Positions 1 to 7,912 of a stretch of DNA of 64,000 nucleotides are shown here, piece by piece; the first letter of the stretch is position 1; each line of letters begins with the position of its first letter. The translations under genes and the position numbers were made by a program. Source of the stretch: Clostridia bacterium (GTDB taxonomy: Bacteria > Bacillota > Clostridia > Oscillospirales > CAG-272); the NCBI GenBank assembly GCA_017455185.1, contig JAFTBN010000017.1, positions 10,430 through 74,429 of the forward strand. The letters run 5' to 3'. The notes under the pieces are model-generated. The model did no database searches and had not been told where the DNA came from. It saw only the letters and a program-made list of their open reading frames with translations.

Positions 1-584
1 GGGGATTTCAGAACACAGGCGCCATTTACTGTATCCGTGCGATTGTCCGAGGCGATCCCGTTTTCGTTTTCAGCGATTACTTCTATGGGATCAAGAAAAA
101 CTGGAAACAGAGTTTGATTACCGGCATCGTGGATTTCCTCTTTTTGTCCATTCTGATATTCGACGGTTATTATTTCTGGTCAAATGCATCCTCGTTCCTG
201 AACGATCTGATGCTGTTTATAACGGCGGCAATGCTGGTCCTTTATTGGATTATGCGTTTCTACATCTACCCGATGCTGATTACGTTCAACATCAAAACCT
301 TCAAGATGCTGAAGAATGCCGTTATCTTTACCATTCTGGGAATCAAGCGCAATCTGATGGCCATTTTGTGGGTGGTCATCGTATTGGCCGTCAACATTTT
401 GCTTGTGATTCTCCTGTGGCAGATCAATGTAATCATCCCGGCCGTTCTTCCCCTGTTCTATCTGATGGTCCTGATTGCATTTACGAATACTTATGCAGCT
501 TATCCGGTCATCAAAAAGTATATGATTGACCCCCAGATGAAGAAGAAACAACAGGAAAATGAGCAGATTCAAGCTGAATCCTGA
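1..584 (+). CDS. YesL-like (DUF624) integral membrane protein, 5' end cut by window edge
   Basis: Frame 3 is open from nt 3 (GFQNTGAIYCIRAIVRGDPVFVFSDYFYGIKKNWKQSLITGIVDF...), so the ORF-track Met at 114 is internal. It has several hydrophobic helices and a YFYGIKKNWKQS motif of the kind seen in YesL/DUF624 proteins. Confidence 0.6.
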   Translation, partial: GFQNTGAIYCIRAIVRGDPVFVFSDYFYGIKKNWKQSLITGIVDFLFLSILIFDGYYFWSNASSFLNDLMLFITAAMLVLYWIMRFYIYPMLITFNIKTFKMLKNAVIFTILGIKRNLMAILWVVIVLAVNILLVILLWQINVIIPAVLPLFYLMVLIAFTNTYAAYPVIKKYMIDPQMKKKQQENEQIQAES

Positions 585-647
585 CACAGTCCTTGCACAT
601 ATGACAAAAACAGCCTTGTTATTCCTGAATTGTTGTATATTCCTACA

Positions 648-665
648 ATTGAATTATTATACAAG
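648..665. promoter_or_regulatory. candidate ARG box (ArgR operator) overlapping the argG -35
   Basis: attgaattattatacaag fits the ARG-box pattern TNTGAATWWWWATTCANW at 14 of 17 specified positions (mismatches at consensus positions 1, 14 and 18). A weaker half-site, ccTGAATtgtt, lies at 624-634. An argR gene is present at the other end of the window. Confidence 0.35.
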
Positions 666-677
666 TTATGATATAAT
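649..677 (+). promoter_or_regulatory. sigma-A type promoter of argG
   Basis: TTGAAT (649-654), exact 17-nt spacer, TATAAT (672-677), about 33 nt upstream of the argG ATG. Confidence 0.55.
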
Positions 678-709
678 ATTCGCATAATTATTCAAAGAGG
701 TGCATAATC

Positions 710-1945
710 ATGTCTGATACATCCATTAAGAAAATTGTACTTGCCTATTCAGGCGGTCTTGATACATCGGTCATCATTCCGTGGCTCAAAGAAAACTATC
801 CAGGATGCGAAGTTATCGCCGTCTCCGGAGACGTAGGCCAAGGAACCGAACTTGACGGGCTGGAAAAAAAAGCCAAGGCAACCGGCGCATCCAAACTGTA
901 TGTTCTGGACCTGAAAAAGGATTACGTCGAAAACTATATCTATCCCTGCCTCAAAGCAGGAGCCGAATATGAAACCTATCTTCTCGGAACGTCGCATGCC
1001 CGCCCCTGCATTGCAAAGGCTTTGGCTGAAATTGCACTGGCTGAACATGCGGACGCCATCTGTCACGGATGCACGGGAAAAGGAAACGACCAGGTCCGTT
1101 TTGAACTTTCCATCAAGCATTTTGCTCCTCATATCAAGATTATCGCCCCTTGGCGTATCTGGAACATCAAATCCAGGGATGAGGAAATTGACTACGCAGA
1201 AGCTCATCATGTCCCGCTGAAGATCTCCCGGGAAACCAATTATTCCAAGGACAAGAACATCTGGCATCTTTCACATGAGGGACTGGATCTGGAAAACCCT
1301 GCCAACGAACCGCAATATAATAAGGAAGGTTTTCTGGAAATGTCTGTTTCTCCGGAACAGGCACCGGATAAGCCGACTTACCTGACCATCCAGTTCGAAA
1401 AAGGAATTCCGGTTGCAATTGACGGCAAAACCATGGAATCCGTCGAATTGGTCAGCTATTTGAACCAGGTCGGCGGAGCGAACGGAATCGGTCTTTTGGA
1501 TATCGTGGAAAACCGTTTGGTCGGCATGAAGAGCCGCGGCGTGTATGAGACTCCCGGAGGCACCATTCTGTACCGCGCACATGAAGCGCTGGAAATGATC
1601 ACTCTGGATCGCGATACGCAGCATTACAAGAAACTCGTCTCTCAAAAATACGCGGAACTTGTCTATTTCGGTCAGTGGTTCACTCCCCTGCGCGAAGCGT
1701 TGGACGCCTTTGTGGACGTAACCCAGCAAACCGTCAGCGGTGAAGTAAAACTGAAGTTGTACAAGGGCAACATCCAATTGGCAGGCGTCACTTCCCCGTT
1801 CTCCCTCTACAGCGAAACCATTGCATCGTTCGGCGAAGACGGAGGCGCGTACAACCAGAAAGACAGCGCAGGCTTTATCAACCTCTTCGGCCTTCCGATT
1901 CAGGTCAAGGCTCTGTTGGACGAGGAACGTAAAAACAACCAGTGA
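710..1945 (+). CDS. argG: argininosuccinate synthase
   Basis: 411 aa with the N-terminal ATP-pyrophosphatase motif AYSGGLDTS. The full-length pattern is typical of ArgG, with an AAAGAGG RBS upstream. Confidence 0.97.
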   Translation: MSDTSIKKIVLAYSGGLDTSVIIPWLKENYPGCEVIAVSGDVGQGTELDGLEKKAKATGASKLYVLDLKKDYVENYIYPCLKAGAEYETYLLGTSHARPCIAKALAEIALAEHADAICHGCTGKGNDQVRFELSIKHFAPHIKIIAPWRIWNIKSRDEEIDYAEAHHVPLKISRETNYSKDKNIWHLSHEGLDLENPANEPQYNKEGFLEMSVSPEQAPDKPTYLTIQFEKGIPVAIDGKTMESVELVSYLNQVGGANGIGLLDIVENRLVGMKSRGVYETPGGTILYRAHEALEMITLDRDTQHYKKLVSQKYAELVYFGQWFTPLREALDAFVDVTQQTVSGEVKLKLYKGNIQLAGVTSPFSLYSETIASFGEDGGAYNQKDSAGFINLFGLPIQVKALLDEERKNNQ

Positions 1946-1956
1946 TTCATTTGACA

Positions 1957-1984
1957 GGCGGTGCATCTTTGTACCGCCTTTTAA
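1957..1984 (+). terminator. weak hairpin/attenuator between argG and argH
   Basis: GGCGGTGC-atcttt-GTACCGCC (7/8 bp) followed by TTTTAA. The U-tract is short, so this is probably a partial terminator at most. Confidence 0.3.
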
Positions 1985-2037
1985 CGGATAAATCCGATTT
2001 TTCGGAAAGGAGACCGGGACGTCCCGGATAAGATTGT

Positions 2038-3414
2038 ATGAAAATGTGGGAGGGTCGCTTTAAAAAAGCGCTGGATTCAAGAGTTAATGATTTTAATTCC
2101 TCCATATCTTTTGATGCCCGTATGTACAAGGAAGACATTGAAGGCTCTGTGGCACATGTCAAAATGCTGGGTCGGTGCGGCATTATTGAGCAAAAAGAAG
2201 CCGATTTGATTGCCGACACGCTGCTGTCTATTCTGGCCGACCTTGAGAGCGGAACTCTTGTTCCGGATCCTGAAGCGGAAGATATCCATATGTTTGTCGA
2301 ACAAGTCCTGACGGAAAGAATCGGAGATACCGGAAAACGCCTTCATACTGCAAGGAGCCGCAACGACCAGGTCGCGCTTGACATTCGCATGTATCTGAAG
2401 AATCAGAATCTGGAAATACAGTCCCTGCTGTTCCGTCTTCTGTCCTGCATTGCCAAAACCGCGGAACAAAACATCGATACCATCATGCCCGGTTATACGC
2501 ATTTACAAAGAGCTCAGCCCGTCACCTTTGCGCACTATGTACTTGCCTATGCACAAATGTTCAGGCGGGATATCCAAAGGCTCAAGGAAGTATACGAACA
2601 CACCAATGTCATGCCGCTCGGCTCCTGCGCATTGGCCGGAACCACTTACCCGATTGATCGGGACTATGTCGCCCGGGAACTTGGATTTGCTTCCGTAACC
2701 GAAAACAGTCTGGATGGCGTGTCGGATCGGGATTTTGTCATTGAACTTGCACATGCAAATGCACAGATCTCCATGCATTTAAGCCGTTTTTCCGAAGAAA
2801 TTATCCTTTGGTGCTCCTCTGAATTCCATTTTGTGGAACTGGACGACGCTTTTTCAACCGGCTCTTCCATTATGCCTCAGAAAAAGAATCCGGATATTGC
2901 CGAGCTGGTCAGAGGCAAAGCCGGTCGGGTTTACGGGGATCTGATCACGCTTTTGACCGTTATGAAAGGACTCCCCCTTGCTTACAACAAGGATATGCAG
3001 GAAGACAAAGAAGCCATCTTTGATTCCATCGACCAGGTTAAAATCTGTCTTGAGTTGTTCACTTCCATGCTCGACACACTGAAAGTCAGGCCGGATGTCA
3101 TGCGACAGGCAGCCTCCGGCGGCTTTATCAATGCGACCGATTGCGCCGATTATCTGGTAAAAAACGGCATGCCTTTCCGTTCCGCTTATAAAATTGTCGG
3201 TCAAATCGTAGCCTATTGTCTGGAAACCGGAAAAACTTTTGAAACCTTGTCTCTTGAAGAATACCATTCTTTTGACCCTTCCTTCGATTCTTCTGTTTAT
3301 GACGCCATCAATCTTGAAAAATGCGTGGACGAAAGAAAAGTCAAAGGCGGTCCGTCCAGAGATTCCGTACAAAAACAGCTTCAGTCTTTAAAATCTTTTA
3401 TTGAAGCAAAATGA
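2038..3414 (+). CDS. argH: argininosuccinate lyase
   Basis: 458 aa with an MWEGRF N-terminus and the fumarate-lyase signature GSSIMPQKKNPD. It directly follows argG. Confidence 0.97.
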   Translation: MKMWEGRFKKALDSRVNDFNSSISFDARMYKEDIEGSVAHVKMLGRCGIIEQKEADLIADTLLSILADLESGTLVPDPEAEDIHMFVEQVLTERIGDTGKRLHTARSRNDQVALDIRMYLKNQNLEIQSLLFRLLSCIAKTAEQNIDTIMPGYTHLQRAQPVTFAHYVLAYAQMFRRDIQRLKEVYEHTNVMPLGSCALAGTTYPIDRDYVARELGFASVTENSLDGVSDRDFVIELAHANAQISMHLSRFSEEIILWCSSEFHFVELDDAFSTGSSIMPQKKNPDIAELVRGKAGRVYGDLITLLTVMKGLPLAYNKDMQEDKEAIFDSIDQVKICLELFTSMLDTLKVRPDVMRQAASGGFINATDCADYLVKNGMPFRSAYKIVGQIVAYCLETGKTFETLSLEEYHSFDPSFDSSVYDAINLEKCVDERKVKGGPSRDSVQKQLQSLKSFIEAK

Positions 3415-3478
3415 GTTCTGTTCATCGATAATTCATATCTTTACAGTAAGATATAAAAGATTATCGGAGGTGCTGCAT

Positions 3479-4267
3479 ATGTCCAATAGCACTTTTAAAC
3501 GAAGAGAGAAAAAACTTCTCTTTCCCGTATCGATCCTGGATTCATTGAAAGCGGATATTCTCACCTTGATGAATTATGATTCTCATAACGTAAACGGTGA
3601 GCCCTATCTGGTCTGCAATTTATATTTTGATACGCCGGATGACGATGTAATCCGGGATTCCATTCAAAAGCCTAAATACAAAGAGAAATTACGCTTGCGC
3701 AGCTACGGTGTTCCGGATGACACAACCCCTGTCTTCCTTGAAATCAAAAGAAAACTGGACGGGATCGGAATCAAGCGGCGCGTAATCCTTCCTTTAAAAG
3801 AGATGAACCAATATCTTCAGACGCGGGTTCGCCCGCAGCAGATCAGTGAGTTGGACAATCAGATATTAAACGAAATCGATTATTATCTGAATCGAACCGG
3901 CGTTTCACCCCGTACCTTCCTTTCCTATCTGCGCATCGCTTTTTCGGGAAAAGAAAATCCTGACTTTCGCGTGACTCTGGATTATCATATTCTCAGCCGA
4001 AGATATGACCTGGATCTGAAAAAAGGTTCTTATGGAGAAACACAGCTTCCGGAAGGATATATGCTGATGGAAGTAAAATTCAAAGGGGCGGTTCCTCTTC
4101 CCTTTCAGGCCATCATGTCAAAATATAACCTGTCTTTCGGCAATTATTCAAAAATCGGGACTTCCTTCAAACTGCACAATCTGCAGCAAATCATACAAGA
4201 ACAAAAACCAAACCGGGATATAAAAACCATTAAGGAGGATATCGCGTTCTATGGAAGAATTCTTTGA
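3479..4267 (+). CDS. VTC-domain (polyphosphate-polymerase-like, triphosphate tunnel fold) protein
   Basis: The start was moved to ATG 3479 (GGAGG 8 nt upstream); the track start at 3401 lies inside argH. It has alternating charged beta-strand motifs: NLYFDTPD, KLRLRSYG, VFLEIKRK, RVTLDYHI and MLMEVKF. Confidence 0.8.
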   Translation: MSNSTFKRREKKLLFPVSILDSLKADILTLMNYDSHNVNGEPYLVCNLYFDTPDDDVIRDSIQKPKYKEKLRLRSYGVPDDTTPVFLEIKRKLDGIGIKRRVILPLKEMNQYLQTRVRPQQISELDNQILNEIDYYLNRTGVSPRTFLSYLRIAFSGKENPDFRVTLDYHILSRRYDLDLKKGSYGETQLPEGYMLMEVKFKGAVPLPFQAIMSKYNLSFGNYSKIGTSFKLHNLQQIIQEQKPNRDIKTIKEDIAFYGRIL

Positions 4268-4952
4268 AAACCCTCTTGCCTACCTGCATGTGTACGAGGA
4301 AGGCAATTCCGCTCTGACCTTAAAGACTATTTTGGTTATTTTGGGCATGGCCATTCTGATTTCTTTTGTCATCATGCTTGTTTACATGTTTACACACAGA
4401 AAAACCATGATTCGGAATTCTACTGCCATCACGGTTCTGGCCCTCGGACCCATTGTCGCGATCATTGTTCTGGGCGTCGGTTCCAACCTGGCCCGTGCCA
4501 TCAGCATCGGCGGCGGTCTTGCCCTGATTCGGTTCCGGCACTCTGTCACTGACCCGAAAGATATGATTTATATGTATCTCTCGATTGCCTGCGGCATGGC
4601 TTGCGGCATCGGTTACTACGGTTTTTCCATTTTGGCAGCCGTAATGGTTCTGATTGTGCTCATAGTCTTTGATCTCGTACGGAACAATAAGCGGTCAGCA
4701 CAAACCCTTCATTTAAAAATCACTATCCCGGAAACATTGAATTTCGACTCCCTGTTTGAAGAGGAACTGAACCAATTCTGCAAAAGACACACGTTGGAAA
4801 AGACGGAAACCGTCGATTACGGAACCTTGATTGAATTGACTTATGGGATTCAGATGAAAGATCCTTCCCAGCAAAAAGCACTCATTGATGCTTTGCGGGT
4901 CAAAAACGGAAATCTGAACATCTCCATTGTCCAATATTACGAAACAAACTGA
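4251..4952 (+). CDS. DUF4956 membrane protein
   Basis: 233 aa with multiple TM helices (ILVILGMAILISFVIMLVYMF, ITVLALGPIVAIIVLGV, YYGFSILAAVMVLIVLIVF). It carries the GGGLALIRFRHSVTDPKDMIYMY motif characteristic of DUF4956 and a soluble C-terminal domain of about 80 aa. ATG 4251 overlaps the VTC stop by 17 nt. Confidence 0.75.
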   Translation: MEEFFENPLAYLHVYEEGNSALTLKTILVILGMAILISFVIMLVYMFTHRKTMIRNSTAITVLALGPIVAIIVLGVGSNLARAISIGGGLALIRFRHSVTDPKDMIYMYLSIACGMACGIGYYGFSILAAVMVLIVLIVFDLVRNNKRSAQTLHLKITIPETLNFDSLFEEELNQFCKRHTLEKTETVDYGTLIELTYGIQMKDPSQQKALIDALRVKNGNLNISIVQYYETN

Positions 4953-4967
4953 ACGCATTTAAAAATC

Positions 4968-4994
4968 GGGGCGATTACCGGCGCCCCTTTTTTG
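4968..4994 (+). terminator. intrinsic terminator after the DUF4956 gene
   Basis: GGGGCG-attaccg-gCGCCCC followed by TTTTTTG. Confidence 0.75.
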
Positions 4995-5149
4995 TTTTCC
5001 AGCCACCGCCTTTATAAATAACTGGACGATATTTCCACTCGTCTTTTCGGTCCTTGCCTGGAATCGTGAAAAGACATCTTTCAATTATCCGCCATCGGAC
5101 CGTCCGGCCTTTGAAATCGGATGTGACTCAACTTTTTTTGTTGTATTTA

Positions 5150-5178
5150 TTGACTTTTCAGATAGTGAATGTTACAAT
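5150..5178 (+). promoter_or_regulatory. sigma-A type promoter of the surface-protein gene
   Basis: TTGACT (5150-5155), 17-nt spacer, TACAAT (5173-5178). Confidence 0.5.
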
Positions 5179-5249
5179 TGTTGATGTAATGCACAAAGCA
5201 TTAATTGCTTTACATTATAAAAACAGAAACATGCAATGGGAGGTTCTTT

Positions 5250-7805
5250 ATGAAGAAGGTTCTTGCGATTCTTCTTGCTGCAGTGATGCTCTTGACGAGC
5301 TTCGTCGTGATTGTTAATGCAGAAGATGAAAAACACGAAACGTATGTCTTCCGTCCGAACGACGGAGCAGAAATGCTCTACGTTGAGAATGAGGAGCAAG
5401 ACATTACGGCCGGCTGGAACAACTGGTGCAGATTCAGCGACGGAAATAAGCAGACTATTTACTGCTACCCTGCTTTGAATCTTGCATCCGCCACAAAAGT
5501 CACCTGGACGGCAAACATCGGTCAGCATATCAAGTTGCAAGTATCTCAGGATAAGTCAAACTGGAAAGACGTTTATGTCTGTGAAACTCACAAATGGGCT
5601 GATGACAAATACGGTGACAAGTACGACGATCACACCTATGATCTGACTTCTTTCCTTGACAAGAGCGGTCCGAAAAAAATCTACGTCAGAATTCTCGATT
5701 CTTTCCCCGATGATGGTTGGGGCGGAGCCGTAACCATTGACGGCGATGTCATTCTGGACATTGCGTATACCGGCGAAAGCGTCAATCCTAAGGGAACAAT
5801 CCCGGTAACCAATGCAATCAAGTCTTATGAATTGTCCGGCTCGGTTGGCGTTGGAGGCTTTATGTACACCTACAAAGCCGATACTCCCGTCGATATCAGC
5901 GGAATGAAGTTCATCGCATTCGATTTGTTTGTCGGTTACAGAAAGAATGAAAGCAACGCATACGTCGACCTTGACACGATGAAGAATATCGGTGAATTCA
6001 TGTTTGAACTGACTTCTTCCGGTGGAGCAGATCATCAGGAAAATGCGGTTGGCTTTAAACTTACAGACTATGCACCGAAATTGAATGTTGGCTGGAACAC
6101 CATCCAGATTCCGATTTCGGACTTGGTCAACAAGACAGACGGCGAGTTGAACAAAACTGCATGGAATTTCCTTCGTCTGTTCAACAATGAAGCGTTTACT
6201 CCTGCTGAAGATATTGAAGTTGAAGACGAAGATACCGGAGATACCGAAACCTTCAGTTTTGATGTAAAAATTGGCAACGTCCGTTTTCAGGATGAGACCT
6301 TCACAGTAGAAGATACCTCAATCGAAGGCGAGCATGAGACTTATACGTTTATCGTTGAGAAAAAGCCGGCAGACGACAAGACTCCGGGCGAATCCGAAGA
6401 GCCGTTCTTCGTAGAAAGTACGGCAGGCTGGAACGGCAACCAGCGTTTCAGCGATGGCAACGGACATACCATTTACAAATATGACATCATCAACTATCGC
6501 GCTGTCAAACAGGTCACCTGGGAAGCCATGACCAGCGCGCAGCTTTTGCTCCGCGTATCCAACGATGGTGAAAACTGGACCGAGTTCTATCGTTATGAGG
6601 ACGAGGACGTTGCAAGCGGAACGGTCCCGAACAAAGGTCTGGCTGCCAAACATCGTGTTTATGATATCACCGAATACATGGATTTCTCCAAGGGACATTC
6701 AATCTGGATTTCCATTGAGGACTCCTACACCAACGGCGGTTGGGGCGGATCCATCCATGTAGAAGATCCCTGCATCCTGGATGTCATCTATACGGTGCTT
6801 TCCGATGAAGAACTTGATAAATTGGAAATGACTCCCACCGAGCATTCTCTTCCGATTTGGGGATGCAACACAGCGTGGGCTGCATTCAAAGTGGATAAGG
6901 AAAACAGACAGGAAGGTTCTGCATGCACAACCACAACAGTCGGAACCGGTCAGGCTCCTCAGGTTGTTCTGCCTCAGGCTTATGATGCAACCGGAAAGGA
7001 TACCCTTGAATTCGAACTGTATGTATCCGATCTGGCATTCTTTGATTTCGGCGACAAGTCTCAGGAAAAACATTTCAGCAACTCCTGGCTCGAACTCACG
7101 TCCTCCGGTCAGTATGACAAAGAAGAAATCGCTTGGGATCCCGTAACCATTCGTCAGTACATCGTGGGTGAGCCGCAGGTCGGCTGGAATCACGTTGCCC
7201 TTCCGTTCTCGGCTGCAACTCATTCCGGTGGAGATTTCAGAATCAACAACGTCAACTATATCCGTTTCTTCTTCGTAGGTGCTCCTGATGAAGCAAAAGA
7301 CATCGTTGTTAAAGTCGACAACTTCCGTCTGACGGATAAAGCGGCAGTTGAACATGCAGCATTTGTGGAAGAAGCGTCTGAATTCGTGAGCAAGGTGAAT
7401 GAACTGACATTCTTGACCGCTGAATCGATCAAGAGCCAGGATGACCTCACTTCTGCGAAGAAAGCTTACAACGCATTGGAAAGAATCTACAAGCGTCTGA
7501 GTGACGGTGCCAAAGCTACCATTGCAAAAGATGTTATGGATAAATTCAATGCAGCAAACGCAGCGATTGAGAATTATTCTGAGACACCAACACCCGTTGA
7601 TCACAACGACGAAAGCGAAACCAAGGTCGACGAAGATGAAACACCCGGTTCCGATGACAAGCAGGAAACCAAAGGAGAAGAATTAAAGCCTGATGACGAG
7701 AAAAAGAAGAGCGGTTGCAAATCCACTCTTGTCGGCGGCTTCGTTGTTCTTGCAATTGTTTCCGCAGCCGGATTCGGTATGATTAAGCGCAAGAAAGAAG
7801 ACTGA
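5250..7805 (+). CDS. secreted, C-terminally anchored surface protein with (A-B)x2 internal duplication; function unknown
   Basis: Start at ATG 5250 (GGGAGG 7 nt upstream). The signal peptide is MKKVLAILLAAVMLLTSFVVIVNA. Two A modules (5337-5771 and 6336-6794) share GWN.N.RFSDGN..TIY.Y, VTW, NW and GGWGG...ILD.(A/I)YT. Two B modules share ELTSSG and VGWN. The protein ends with an acidic linker and then SGCKSTLVGGFVVLAIVSAAGFGMIKRKKED. Confidence 0.8.
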   Translation: MKKVLAILLAAVMLLTSFVVIVNAEDEKHETYVFRPNDGAEMLYVENEEQDITAGWNNWCRFSDGNKQTIYCYPALNLASATKVTWTANIGQHIKLQVSQDKSNWKDVYVCETHKWADDKYGDKYDDHTYDLTSFLDKSGPKKIYVRILDSFPDDGWGGAVTIDGDVILDIAYTGESVNPKGTIPVTNAIKSYELSGSVGVGGFMYTYKADTPVDISGMKFIAFDLFVGYRKNESNAYVDLDTMKNIGEFMFELTSSGGADHQENAVGFKLTDYAPKLNVGWNTIQIPISDLVNKTDGELNKTAWNFLRLFNNEAFTPAEDIEVEDEDTGDTETFSFDVKIGNVRFQDETFTVEDTSIEGEHETYTFIVEKKPADDKTPGESEEPFFVESTAGWNGNQRFSDGNGHTIYKYDIINYRAVKQVTWEAMTSAQLLLRVSNDGENWTEFYRYEDEDVASGTVPNKGLAAKHRVYDITEYMDFSKGHSIWISIEDSYTNGGWGGSIHVEDPCILDVIYTVLSDEELDKLEMTPTEHSLPIWGCNTAWAAFKVDKENRQEGSACTTTTVGTGQAPQVVLPQAYDATGKDTLEFELYVSDLAFFDFGDKSQEKHFSNSWLELTSSGQYDKEEIAWDPVTIRQYIVGEPQVGWNHVALPFSAATHSGGDFRINNVNYIRFFFVGAPDEAKDIVVKVDNFRLTDKAAVEHAAFVEEASEFVSKVNELTFLTAESIKSQDDLTSAKKAYNALERIYKRLSDGAKATIAKDVMDKFNAANAAIENYSETPTPVDHNDESETKVDEDETPGSDDKQETKGEELKPDDEKKKSGCKSTLVGGFVVLAIVSAAGFGMIKRKKED

Positions 7806-7823
7806 TTCTTCCCTTTCGCTAAA

Positions 7824-7886
7824 CCAAGGAGAGCTTCGGCTCTCCTTGGAAAACAAAAACGCAGCGGATTTTCCCGCTGCGTTTTT
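7824..7886. terminator. convergent (bidirectional) terminator pair between the surface-protein gene and serS
   Basis: Hairpin 1 is CCAAGGAGAGC-ttcg-GCTCTCCTTGG (7824-7849). Hairpin 2 is AAAAACGCAGCGG-attttc-CCGCTGCGTTTTT (7855-7886), with A/T runs on both sides. Confidence 0.75.
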
Positions 7887-7912
7887 GTTGTTTTTATATT
7901 TCAGAATGAAAT

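Noticed and set aside
3401-3478. N-terminal extensions in the ORF track at 3401, 5205, 16475, 19983, 31799, 35808, 41623, 61585 and 63885.
   Set aside because: Each extension overlaps an upstream gene, a promoter box or a terminator, or begins at a non-ATG codon with no RBS. In every case a downstream Met has a GGAGG-type RBS and gives the canonical family N-terminus.
5054-5317. 87-codon ORF spanning the promoter and start of the surface-protein gene.
   Set aside because: It is out of frame with the well-supported signal-peptide start at 5250. It covers the TTGACT-17-TACAAT promoter and has no RBS.
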